A stretch of 63,357 bases of DNA, filler included, from Perkinsus chesapeaki ATCC PRA-425 (taxonomy: Eukaryota > Protista > Perkinsozoa): assembly GCA_013115145.1 (NCBI GenBank). It is 7 parts of 7 records of this genome, joined end to end, with 100 filler letters (N's around TTAATTAATTAA, not from the genome) between each part and the next. Parts side by side here need not be neighbours in the genome. Positions count along the whole stretch, not along the records: positions 16,359 to 46,507 come from JAAPAO010000442.1; positions 46,608 to 48,381 come from JAAPAO010001789.1; 5 more parts are not named here. One strand, written 5' to 3'. The notes beneath the pieces were generated by a model that was given only the letters and a program-made list of their open reading frames with translations, was not told where the DNA came from and did not search any database. Shown here in pieces: positions 35,510 to 48,481 of this stretch. Both the position numbers and the translations under genes were made by a program. Each line of letters starts with the position of its first letter. Positions within the stretch are counted from its first letter, which is position 1.

Positions 35510-37070
35510 ATGTCAGCAGCAGCATCATCAATTGATAGTGGTAGTCTAGGTCGATTAGCAGGGGAAAGATTTCTTAAATTTGTTAATAAAACCGGTTCAC
35601 CTTATCATTCAGTATTGGAATGTAAAAGGTTATTAATTGATAATGGTTTTATACAGTTAAATGAGAAAAAGACATGGTCTATTAATAAAGGTGGAAAATA
35701 TTTTATTACACGTAATGATTCAGAAATATTATCATTTATTGTTGGTAATAATTATAATATTAATAATAGTGGTTTGCTAATAATTGGTGCTCATACTGAT
35801 TCACCTTGTTTAAGATTGCGACCTAAATCACCATTAAATAAAGGTAAAGATGGTATGATACAATTAGGGGTTACTACATATGGTGGTGGTTTATGGCATA
35901 CTTGGTTTGATAGAGGTCTAGGTATTTGTGGTAAAATTGATATTAAAAATAATAATAATAGTATAACTGAAAAGTTAATAAGAATAGATAAACCAATTGC
36001 TATTATACCTAATTTAGCAATACATTTACAAAATAATGATGAAAGATCTGCATTTAAAGTAATAATAATATATTTATTAATATTATATCATATTATTAGA
36101 TAAACACTGAAGAACATCTCATGCCTATTTTTTGTTCAAATAAATATTATAATAATACTCATAATAATAATGATGATGATGATATGATAAATGGTAATAA
36201 TACAGCATTGATGGAATTATTAGCCAATGAAGCAGGGTAATAATTATTAACATGATCATTGTATTAACATTTAACATAACATTATTATTGTTATTTGTTG
36301 TTAGATGTAATATTAATGATATAGTCGATTTTGATTTATGTATGATGGATGCGACGCCTTCATGTTTTATTGGTAAATATAATGAATTTATTAATTCACC
36401 TCGTATTGATAATTTATTATCAACATGGGCATGTATCAATGGTATTTGTGATATACGCGATGAATTATCTAATAGTGGTAATGATATTTATATAGCTGCT
36501 GCTTTTGATCATGAAGAGTGTGGTTCAACATCATATACAGGAGCTAACTCAATGACATTACAAACCTGGATTAAACGTATATTATTATCAATTAATGAGG
36601 AGGAGCCGGAGGTTGAGGTTGATAAATATTATCCAGAAATAATTGCTAAATCAATGTTAATATCTGCTGATGGTGCTCATGCTATACATCCTAATTATAG
36701 TAATAAACATCAAAATGAACATAAAGTATATTTACATGATGGTATAGTATTTAAATATAATGTTAATCAAAGATATGCAACTAATGCATTAACTGCATCA
36801 ATGATTAAACAATTATGTATTAATAATAATATACCTATACAACAATTTGTTGTACGTAATGATTCACCATGTGGTTCAACTATAGGTCCAATGATGAGTT
36901 CTAATATTGGTATAAGAACTATCGATATTGGTGCATCACAATGGGCGATGCATTCATGTAGGGAAACTTGTAGCGTTGATGATGCTCATACTTTACTTAA
37001 TTTTTGTAAAGTATTTTATAAATATTGGAAAGATATTGATAATAACCTAATTGAGGTAAGTTATGACTAA
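35510..37070 (+). CDS. DNPEP: Aspartyl aminopeptidase (M18 family), 3 exons
   Basis: GAHTDSP, YGGGLWHTWFDR, RIDNLLS, FDHEECGS, SADGAHAIHPNY, CGSTIGP and AMHSCRE. Confidence 0.95.
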
Positions 37071-37547
37071 TATCTATTAAATGGCTAATATCTATTAAAT
37101 GACTAATATCTATTAAATGGCTAATATCTATTAAATGGCTAATATCTATTAAATGGCTAATATCTATTAAATGGCTAATATCTATTAAATGACTAATATC
37201 TATTAAATGGCTAATATCTATTAAATGGCTAATATCTATTAAATGACTAATATCTATTAAATGGCTAATATCTATTAAATGACTAATATCTATTAAATGA
37301 CTAATATCTATTAAATGGCTAATATCTATTAAATGGCTAATATCTATTAAATGGCTAATATCTATTAAATGGCTAATATCTATTAAATGGCTNNNNNNNN
37401 NNNNNNNNNNNNNNNNNNNNNNNNNNNNNNNNNNNNNNNNNNNNNNNNNNNNNNNNNNNNNNNNNNNNNNNNNNNNNNNNNNNNNNNNNNNTAATATCTA
37501 TTAAATGACTAATATCTATTAAATGACTAATATCTATTAAATGACTA
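37068..37547. repeat. 18-bp minisatellite TAATATCTATTAAATG(G/A)C spanning the 99-N gap
   Basis: About 18 units before the gap and about 3 after it; only one position varies. Confidence 0.95.
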
Positions 37548-37680
37548 ATAGTGTATAAGATAACTGTTCATTACTGATCGTGATGTTTCGTTGGTCAATT
37601 AGTTAACAAAAACACAAGATGAATAATATAGAAATGTGTTGTTATTGCTAATAAGATGTAAGCTATTGTTGTTGTTATTA

Positions 37681-39088
37681 TTACCAATAAATAAATGGAT
37701 CTTTTTCAAATGGTATTGATGGTGGTGGTCCATTAACAGAATCTGGATAGTTATCAAAGTTAGATGTATCAGTATCCGATTTAACAATTGGTTTATATGG
37801 TGCTGGTATTCTTTTATTATATAAATCATACCAATTAATATAACCATTAAACCAACTACATTCTTTAATATCATCAGCACCATTACGTAGATTACCATAT
37901 CTTTTACCTGATTATGATATTACATAATATAAATAATAATATTATTATTACTTAAATCAGCTGTTAATAATCTTTTAACTAAGCTTTTAGCATCTTTATC
38001 AAAATAACGTGGGAATATTATTTTACCAGATAATATTTTTTGATATATACCCATAGGATCTTCATCAACAAATGGTGGATAACCCACAATCATTTCATAT
38101 GTTAATATACCTAGAGTCCACCAATCAACAGCTTTACCATGCCCCTAATACATATAATCATAACTTTGGCTAATACACATATTACTTTATTTAATAAAAC
38201 TTCAGGTGCAATATATTCAGGTGTACCACATAATGTATATGTTCTACCGTGATGTATTATCTACAATTATAATATTATCGACATGATCTATTATTATTAT
38301 TACTACCTTAGCAAATCCAAAATCAGTTAACTTTAGATAACCATCTGGTAATAATAATATATTCTCTGGTTTAAGATCTCTATAAATAATATCTTTATTA
38401 TGTAAGTATTCAAATATACTAACTATTTGTGCTGCATAAAATCTAGATATATCATTATTAAATCTACCAGCTTTACGTAAATGTGAAAAGAATTCACCAC
38501 CATTAACATATTCCATCGCTAAATATAAATATTTATTATCCTGAAATGAACCATATAAGTTAACTATATTGGGATGATTTATCATTCTTAATATATTCTT
38601 TTCAGATATAATATGATCAACCTACAAGTATTATTATTATTAATGAATATTATGGTAATTAGTACCTGTTTAAGTTTAATAATTGATGCTTTTTTTAATA
38701 TTTTAAGAGCATAATGTTTACCATTATTATTATATGTTACAAATCTAACTCTACCAAATGATCCGGTACCAAGTGTCTTACCCAAAGTATAATCATTAAT
38801 ATTACTATTATCTAATATCAGTTCTTCATGCTGCTGTTGCTGGTAATGATGATGATTATCTGATCTATTATTATCAGATCTATATCTCGTTTCAATCTTC
38901 ACCACTTCAGGGTTGGCCGGTTGTTGTTGTAGTAGTGGTGGTAGTGGCCGCCCACCACCATCCCCACTTTCATAATCATCTGCTGCTCTTATGGTGGCTG
39001 TTGGCTGAATATCAATAATATGATCATCTATATTTGTTGATTTATAATAAGTATTCATTTTATTATCATTTATTGATGATGATGACAT
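37681..39088 (-). CDS. cAMP-dependent protein kinase catalytic subunit (in-frame ATGs extend up to 39208)
   Basis: [66 protein letters not shown] and DTSNFDNY; stop TAA at 37681-37683. Confidence 0.96.
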
Positions 39089-39243
39089 AACTACTACTGA
39101 ATAATAATAATAAAGTAGTCCATCGCCACCGTTGGTGTTAGTTATTATTAAGAAGAAGATTAGCGAACGCCCAAATGATCTATTATTATCTTTACCAATC
39201 ATCATCATGGGTCGCCGTGGGCTGAAGGGTTTGGATTATTATT

Positions 39244-39800
39244 ATGTCTACTCCTTATCCTTCGTCATCTGATAAAATAGCATTTGAAAGGAATACACAA
39301 TTTGATAGAGAGTAATGTTATTAATGTTGTTATTAATGTTGTTATTAATGTTATATTTATTAGATATTGGAATAGTATCAATACGACATCATCATCATTA
39401 ATAAATGATAATGATGTAAAAACGTTATTATTAGATATACAAAGATTAGAATTATTAGATAATGAATATCATAATAATGTAATTAGATATAATGTAGATT
39501 TAATTATTATATAATAATAGATTATTAAGGGTATGGCAAATCGAGTTAGGAAGGATAATATATCATCATTATTTACCACATCATCAATAAATAGGGATAA
39601 TAATAATGATACTCTGACTACGTAATAATAATATTAATATTAAGCTATTATTGTTATTAGATATAACACATATTATTATAATAAAAATAATATAATACAA
39701 GATAAAGAATACTTTTTAAAGAGGAATTCATATACTCAATATAATGAAGATGCTGTTAAATATAAACATACTATGAGATGATATTTAGTATTATATAATA
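39244..39800 (+). CDS. Possible small multi-exon hypothetical gene
   Basis: ATG at 39244 (MSTPYPSSSDKIAFERNTQFDRE) and further less-repetitive exon-like segments; no family recognised. Confidence 0.25.
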
Positions 39801-39866
39801 ATAGTATGTTTAATAATAATAGTATGTTTAATAATAATAGTATGTTTAATAATAATAGTATGTTTA
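39795..39866. repeat. 18-bp tandem repeat ATAATAATAGTATGTTTA x4
   Basis: Four exact copies. Confidence 0.95.
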
Positions 39867-39942
39867 CTTTAATAATGGTGTTGTTGTTTTTTTAACAACA
39901 TGAGATAGATTGTTTATAGTGTTGTTGTTGTTGTTCGTTATA

Positions 39943-42900
39943 ATGGTGATCTTAACAAGGGATAATAATATAAATAATTTATTGGTAGTGATGTATTTAT
40001 TATAAATAAGAATGTTGTTATTATTGACGATAGGATGATATGAATGATGATGATAAAGATAAGAGATTTATGGCAGCAACTGATCTAGTTGATGAAATAT
40101 TTAAAAGGAAGACGATGAGGACAACAATAAATGATAATAATAATATAACAGCAGCAGCAGCAGGATCAGCAGCAGCAGCAGGATCAGGTGATAATATAGT
40201 AGTAGTAGGGGTGGTGGTGGTATTGGATATATTAGGAAATGATGAAGATGGCGGTAAAAGGGTATTATTGGATAATATTATTATACAAAGAAGAATATTT
40301 GATGCATTTGTAAAACAGTTTAATGATTCGAGTGTAGATGTAATAATAATAGTGCATTAATTATATTATTATTATTATAGTAGTAGTAGTTGTTGTAGGT
40401 TAGATCAAATGCAATTAAAGGATTTAATAATATTATATTATTATTTGATGGAATAGTAATACGAGATGTAATATAGATTAAGAGATAAGAAGAGTAGTAG
40501 TAACATTAATAATGGTAGGGTATGAATTCATTATTAACACTTATAACCTCACCACCACCACCATCAACAACAACAACAACAACAAGAACAATGTCTTGTG
40601 ATAATAAGGGATATAGTATAGGATTAGGAATGCGTAATAATAATATGATAATTATTATAGTAAATAGTATTATCAGGTGATGCTTATACAGGGTCATTAA
40701 GATATATTATATCAAAGTTAAATGATAATAAATTAACAAGCATAAGTGATATTATATTACCTAGTAATATAATACAAAAGTAATAATTAATAATATTACA
40801 TTACAAATAATATATTACAGATTAATAAATATAATATTATCATCAAATGACATCATCAGCAGTAGCAGCAGCAGCAGGATGGGGCAGCATATGAACGACG
40901 ATGATTGTGTAATGGTAGTAGGATGTATTGACGTTATGATTGAAGTAATAGTAGTAGTAATAATATCATATTAATATAATAAATAATAGATAATGAAAAA
41001 AATAGGAAATATCATCGATAATAATAATATAGATGATGGATATAATGGATATAAGGCAAGGAGTGATATTGTTAATAAATTGATTAATATATTACATAAC
41101 GATAATCTATCGAAAAGTATGTTGGATATTATATTATTGTCCAATAATAAGTATAATAAAGATAGTTTAAGGTAATAATATTTATAATTACTATTATTAT
41201 AATCAAGAGCAACAATAATACTGCAATATTATTATTAGGAATAAATGTTCAATATGTTTGGCGTATATATGTTATATAACAACTAAAGGAGATTATAATA
41301 ATAATTATTTAGATAATATTATTAGTAGTATTATATTATCATATAAGGATAATATCAATAATAATATATCTAATACTTCATCATTGATACATTTAATGAA
41401 TAATATAGCGTAATAATAGATATATGGAGGTTTAATAATATTATTGGTGTTGTTGTTGTTGTTGTTGTTGTCGTTATTAGGACTATTATTAATGGTGATA
41501 TATTGGCAAAGTATGTATCACGCATACTACCTATATTACTAAATATATTAAATAATAATATAAGTATAACAATTAATGATGATAATAGTGATGTGAAATT
41601 ATTGAATAATAATATAATAGAAGATTATGATGATAATAATGAAGAGGAGGAGGAGGATAATATGATTAATTTAAATGATAGTGCTGTTATTGAAGAAACA
41701 TTGCTCACATTTGGTATATTTATTAATAAATGTGGTATAGATAATATAAAAGAAATATATATGTTATATATTATAAGAATGATAACAATGAAATTTTTAA
41801 CCTATAATCCTAATTATTATTATCACGGTAATGATGATATTACATAAAATCATTATATCATATTACCAATATATCATAGATGATAATAATGAGGATGATA
41901 ATTACGATCAAGATGATGATGAATATTACGATCAAGAAGATGATGATGATGATGATGATGATAGTTGGAAAGTAGGAAGTAGTTGTTGTTGTTGTTGTAG
42001 TGGTTATTAGTATTATATCTAATATACTATTTAGGTACGAAAAGGAGCAATAAATATTATTAATACTATCATAAATGCAACAAAAATATCTCATAATGAT
42101 AATACAAAAGTATTAATATATTATAAGATATATTGTAATAACAATTGTTGTTATACATTAACAATAATAATAATATTTTAATGAATCGTATTATTATTAT
42201 TATTATTAATATTTTTATTATTTAGATTTTATTAAATATGTGCTAAAATCATTGAGCATACCACTATCTAAAAGATGTTGTAAAGAGGAGATGGATAATA
42301 TTGTTAAATTAGAAGCAATAGAGGCTTATAGAGGATTATTAATGGGAATAAAGGATATTATATATTTATTAGGTATATATCACCACCACCACCACTATTA
42401 CTATTACTGATTTTATCATTAATAGGTTATTTTATTATATACGAAGATAATGATGAAGAAGAAGAAGAAGAAGTTATACGACCATCATCTCCTTCTTCTT
42501 CTTCCAGGGCGCCGGCGACCACACTTATTAATGATATTAGATTATTGTTATTAACCAGCGAATACGTTGGTGATATTAATATTATAGATATATTTGAATT
42601 GAATAATATTGGTAATAATAATAATAATAATGCATTGTATTAATAATATAACCTAACAATTAGATAATATTAATAATATTGTTGCAAATATATTACTTCA
42701 CTATATTAATATAACATTATCAACAATTATGAATGGTTGTATATATAATGTTATAAATAATAAAGTATCATCATCGTCAACAAGAAGAAGAAAAACAGTT
42801 CATTATTATAAGGTATTATTAATATCGGTTATATCATATTATTATAATTTGTATTATTATTATTAGGTTGAAGATTCGGTTATTAACTTAGTATTAGAGA

Positions 42901-45900
42901 TAGTAAGTCTTAGTAATAATGATACATGTATTACTATGGACAATGGGAATATAGTAGGAAGGTTAAATAATAATAATAAGATAAGTAATATATAGAATGT
43001 TGTTATTATTATATATTAATATATAATACCTACTAATAGTAGGTTATATATTATGTGATATAATATTAAAATCATTGATGATGATGATGGTTGTTAATAA
43101 TAATAATAATAATAATAATAGTATACCACTAGAGTTATTAAAGATGAGCGGAAATAATATAATTAAGCAAAAAGGCAAAGATACATATTATACAGACAAA
43201 CAACAAGAGCAAGAAGAAGGAGAGAAGCATATTAATTATATGATAATAATCGATGATGATTATAATACTACAATACACGCATTAAATAGCATAATAGAAT
43301 TATTAAAAGTAAAAAATGGAGAAGTAAGAATAAAAAACCATAATAATAATAACGATGATAATGATGATGATATCTCATCGTCTATTATTATGATAAAGGT
43401 AGTAATATGTTGTTATATTTATATTTAATATTACTATCATTAGAAGTTGTTGTTATTATTACCGATTAATGAAGTATTAGCAATAATATCTAATATGATA
43501 AAAGTATTATTAATATCATGCCCATCATCATCATGCCCATTATTGAATAATAATGATAGTAATAATAATAAAATACTAATAAAAGTATTGAGGTAATATG
43601 GTAGTAATAATAATAATATGGCTCCTTATTAAAGGATATATATTGTAATTGTTATTAATAGATTATATACTGAATACATTACTTTAATAAATAAGCACCA
43701 TCCATCTATGAGTAATAATGATAATAATATTGTATTATATGATGATAAGGGAATAAAGGATTATGGATGTATATTAAATAATATAATATTATTAATGGAT
43801 ATGGCCAATGATATTGATAATAATGTAGTAGTAGTATTAAGAATAATAATATATTATTATATATATGAATAGATACTATATGAAGTGGTTAAGTGTTTTA
43901 TTATACAAGTTAGATATTGTTATAATAATAATAGCAATAACATTATAATGAATAGCAATAATAATAATAATAATAATAAAAGCAATGAAATATTATCAAT
44001 ATTACATCATGGTTTTGATATATATATCAAATACATTGATTATAATAATAATAGTCAGAGTAAAGGAATTAAAGGTAATATAGTAAATTAGTATTCATTA
44101 ATAATAATAATAATAACAACAAGCCGAATACGAATACAAATGATAATGCATGTATAAGTGTATATTTATATGATAGTGATGTATTATTATTATATTGGTA
44201 GTATATGTTATTAGGTAATGTGATATTTATTGAATCTATTAGTGATTTATTATTATTCAATACTAACAATACTATTGATGAGAGTGATGGAATCGATTAT
44301 TATTATAATGTATGTAATAATAATAATAATATATTGAAATCATCGTATGATGAAACAATTATTGATAAAATAATAATAACATTATGTAATAATTGTGATT
44401 ATTATATAAATAATAATAATAAAGATAATAATATTAATAATAATAATAAACAACAACAGTTCATTATACCTGTAATAACTTCATTATATTATTTAACACA
44501 TTTACTATTGGAAAGAGGAACAAAGATAAAGAATAATCAATCATTATTATTTTCGTAATAATAATATAAACTTTTTGTTATCATTATTATTTACTAGTTA
44601 TCCGTTATGGTGTGATAAATTGATGATACCAAATATTAGTAGATTATTATTAATAATAATAACACCATCATCACCACCACCACCACCAAATGATTATTAT
44701 ATAATAGATAATATATTCAAAGTAGTATTAATAACACTACTACTAGGATACTTATGATTGTGATTATCGTAGTGTTGATATTATTATCATTAGGTATTAT
44801 GCAATGTTTTAGAAATAGGAGTATTATTCGATAATAATAATATTTTGGATATATTATTCGATAATGTAATAATATTATAATAAGTTAATGTTATAATAAT
44901 AAGTTTATTGTTGTTATTGTTATTATTACCTTTATTAGATATATCCTATTATTATTAATAATTATTCAACTAGTATTTTAGATATACGTAAGCTATCTCA
45001 TTTGAATAGGTTTATAAGTAATAATAATAATAAGTAATAGTCGACATGTGATGACAATAATAATATCAGCTTTATTATCTTATCATTCAACAACAAGAAG
45101 AACAAGAAGAAGAGTTATTAATAATAAAACTAACACTCGCAAAAACACATTGGATAGTTGTATTGCAAAAACAATTATTAAAGTATCTGAGTTGGGGTAT
45201 GATGATAATAATGATGATGATAGTGATAGTAGTAGTAGATGTTATAATAATAAGGTAGTAATAATTATAATGGATAATGATGATAATGACTATATATGAT
45301 GGATGTATTATAATAAATATATTATTATTGTTCAATAGGGCAGCGGCGGCGGTGGTAAACTGATGATTAACAATATATCTGTTATATTGTCTTTATTATT
45401 AAATAATAATAAAGAATTAACAAGGAGAAGAAGAGGAGCATCATCAATAAATAATATAATAAGTATAATAGTAGGAAGGGGGCAAGATGATTATGACGCT
45501 TATAATGATGATGATGATGATGAAGATGATGAGGTATTAGTAGTATTATTAATGATGATGTTATAGGTAATAATAGTTATTATTATTAGGATAATAATAA
45601 TACATTATCCACTATACCATCATCATTATCATTATTATATCAATTACTAACAAATGATGATATTTTTAAAGAATTTAATAATAATAAGAATATTAAATTG
45701 GTAATAATGATAAAAAAATGTTATTATTTATCCAAAGATAATTATAGGTATTATTATTAACAATGAATCAATGTTTTTATTATAATAATAATAAAGAAAT
45801 TATTAAAGATGGTGCTTGTGATGGTGGTGGTGGTAGTATAAAGGACATAATAAATGTAATACTGTAATTATCACTATTATCATTATTAATTATAACGTTA

Positions 45901-46200
45901 TTATTTATAGTTATGTTTAAATATAATAAAAGATGATAATAATAATAATAGCATCTGCTGTAAGCTAATAAACGATACTTGTGTAAGTAGTGGTAGTATA
46001 ATAATAGTAAAGTAGTTATAATAATATATATTGTAATTAATAATAGGGTATTATAATTGGGACATGCTGCTATTATTATTATTGCCATTCATCATCTATT
46101 ATAACTACTGGGATGGAGTCAGATAATAATATCATATCATATATAATAAATCATAATTTATCAATAGCTTCATTTAATAGTAAGGTAATAATAACCGATA
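39943..46200 (+). CDS. CAND1: CAND1 / TIP120 (cullin-associated NEDD8-dissociated protein 1), many exons, 3' end approximate
   Basis: The spliced N-terminus NNLLDDMNDDDKDKRFMAATDL matches the CAND1 LLEKMTSSDKDFRFMATNDL motif. FLTYNPNY...DDDDDSWK|VRK matches LTYDPNY...DDDDMSWKVRR. Confidence 0.8.
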
Positions 46201-46302
46201 TAAAATAATGAATTCTACTCATTATTATAATTCATAGTACAATGCTTACCGCTACGGTTGTATATATACTATCACTATATACTATAAACATCTGTATATA
46301 TA

Positions 46303-46375
46303 ATGTTATTGTTGTTATTGTTGTTATTGTTGTTGTTGTTGTTATTGTTGTTGTTATTGTTGTTATTGTTGTTAT

Positions 46376-46433
<58 letters not shown>

Positions 46434-46507
46434 GTTGTTGTTATTGTTGTTATTGTTGTTATTGTTGTTATTGTTGTTATTGTTGTTATTGTTGTTATTG
46501 TTGTTAT
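46303..46507. repeat. (GTT/ATT)n microsatellite at the scaffold end
   Basis: About 200 bp of GTT/ATT triplets running into the linker. Confidence 0.97.
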
Positions 46508-46607
46508 NNNNNNNNNNNNNNNNNNNNNNNNNNNNNNNNNNNNNNNNNNNNTTAATTAATTAANNNNNNNNNNNNNNNNNNNNNNNNNNNNNNNNNNNNN
46601 NNNNNNN
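46508..46607. other. Artificial scaffold linker
   Basis: N44-TTAATTAATTAA-N44. Confidence 0.98.
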
Positions 46608-46681
46608 TGAGTATGAACGTGATTTATGGAGATCAAACATTAAGTGTACCTAATTTATGTGTACCAATCGTTAACATCCCG
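46608..46681 (+). repeat. Second copy of the type I CGGG terminus
   Basis: 73 of 74 bases identical to 22196-22269. Confidence 0.92.
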
Positions 46682-47477
46682 TAAAGGTAACGGTACTTCT
46701 TGCATCTGGTGACCTGACGTTTGAACTCGGCAAGGGACACAATGGAGCCATTAGTCTTAGAGCGGGGACCATACCATTGGGCGCCGAAAACGTAGTCGTA
46801 TCTCTCCACCGTGGGAGACGTTGCTGGCGGGGCTCTTCTTTGGCTTCCATGTCGTACGGTCATTACCGGACGGAAGTTGGACCTTGATCGGAACGTTGTC
46901 GAAGAGGGTAGTCTGGATGTCGTGGTTCTCGTCTGATGTTGTACTAGGGCTCGTCGTCTTGACGGGTGTACCATTCGTCATAAGATGGACTGTGACCTAA
47001 ACGCTCAGGTCTGGAGTGTCCGTCATTACGAGGGGCTTGTAGTCGAGGTTCACGTCAGACGCCAGGCGGCCCGTGGCGTCTGGGGGCCAGAGGGGTACTC
47101 CCGTTGACAGGCAGTCGGTGAAATTGATAGTCCACTCCGCCATTAGGTGGGACTTGAGGTCGAGGGTCTGGTCTAGTGGCACCGCCGAAAGGTGGGCCTT
47201 GAGGTCGAGAAACTTCTCTAGTGCCACCGTCATTAAGTGGGCCTTGAAGAGAAGGGTCTTGTCTAGTGCCACCGTCATTAAGTGGACCTTGAAGAGGAGG
47301 GTTTTGTTGTTCAGGATCTAGAGGAGGGGGAGTATGCTCACGTTGCTCATCATCGTCGTGCTCAAAGTCATCGTCATTCATAGTAGAAGTGAACTCCTCA
47401 CCACCACCTTCGGGATAATTAGAATTGTTGTTGATGACATCGTCGTCGGCTGGTCGGGTACGTCTAGTCATAACCAT
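46682..47477 (-). pseudogene. Gag-like ORF remnant with 15-aa (45-bp) repeats, premature stops, truncated at the CGGG terminus
   Basis: MVMTRRTRPADDD... with LQGPLNDGGTRQDPS-type repeats (~47130-47310), an in-frame TGA at 47055-47057, and a frame ending ...KKYRYLY at the repeat end. Confidence 0.5.
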
Positions 47478-48381
47478 TGTTGGATAAGGGCGAATGAATC
47501 CCGGTAGAATGTGGAGGACGGTGCAGCGGGTAGAGTTGAGTTGTAGGGAAGTAAGTGGTTCTAGCAGTAGACAAAGTAGTCGAGCGGTTCTGGTGAAGCT
47601 TGCCAAGTATAAGTAAACTCAAGCCCACTGGCGTTCTCAAGAATATACTCGTGCTAGAGACTGCTGGTTGACGGATCAATGTGACTATTCGAACTATAGG
47701 GAGTCCGAAAGAGTCAAGCTAATGAATAAAGTCTAGAGACTTCCTAAAAAGTCGTTCTAGTCTTATTCTACTAGTGACCAATCGAATCCATGAAATGGTG
47801 AAACGGCTAGCCGCGCGTATCTTCCAGCGTATAGACAAATAACACAATCGAAACAGCGCACGCCGATCCGGAGCAAAATTAAGGCTTAGCGGTCCCAACG
47901 TATGTAGTTTCTGGTTCCAACGTATGTAACCACGTAGGGAATTCCGCCAGGAGGTAAACGCGGGCCTTCGGCCCGCTTTTATGTAGTACTACCATAGAGA
48001 CCCTCAGTAGGGCTGGGCCGAGGCTGGCCTACTCCAGTGTACCGAGAACTCAAGCTATCCAATATCAGGGGACGTGACACCCTGGTACAATTCCGGCTGG
48101 TTGCATTTTTTTCACGTTTTCACTTTCTCGCTCGCCCTGCTCTTGCGTGCAGCGTGCGCCATCTTGCGCTGGAAGCGGCTACATGTACAATTCCATTTGA
48201 GACACTTGGACTAATTTCGAGAATGTTGAGCTCTGATAGAATTTTGTTGCGAGGATCTCCATTCCAGATATGGGGGATGGGTCTCCAGGTGCTTTGTCGT
48301 ATCTAATTTAGTTGAACTCAACGCAGACTGAGAAATACTGGAGGACATAAATAATTAGGAAAATACAAGAAATATATAACT

Positions 48382-48481
48382 NNNNNNNNNNNNNNNNNNN
48401 NNNNNNNNNNNNNNNNNNNNNNNNNTTAATTAATTAANNNNNNNNNNNNNNNNNNNNNNNNNNNNNNNNNNNNNNNNNNNN
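48382..48481. other. Artificial scaffold linker
   Basis: N44-TTAATTAATTAA-N44. Confidence 0.98.

Noticed and set aside
37068-37392. The reverse strand of the minisatellite contains TAGCCATTT, resembling the dinoflagellate/Perkinsus spliced-leader core
   Set aside because: It is only a 9-nt match in AT-rich DNA; the rest of the leader (CCG...TGGCTCAAG) is absent.
37068-37547. Regular 18-bp array as a possible CRISPR
   Set aside because: The units are head-to-tail with no unique spacers, no cas genes are present, and the context is eukaryotic.
46242-46563. Poly-Val and poly-Leu ORFs
   Set aside because: They are translations of a (GTT/ATT)n microsatellite.
47567-47577. GCAGTAGACAA matches the 5' end of the YR element
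   Set aside because: A single 11-nt match on another scaffold with no flanking similarity is compatible with chance.
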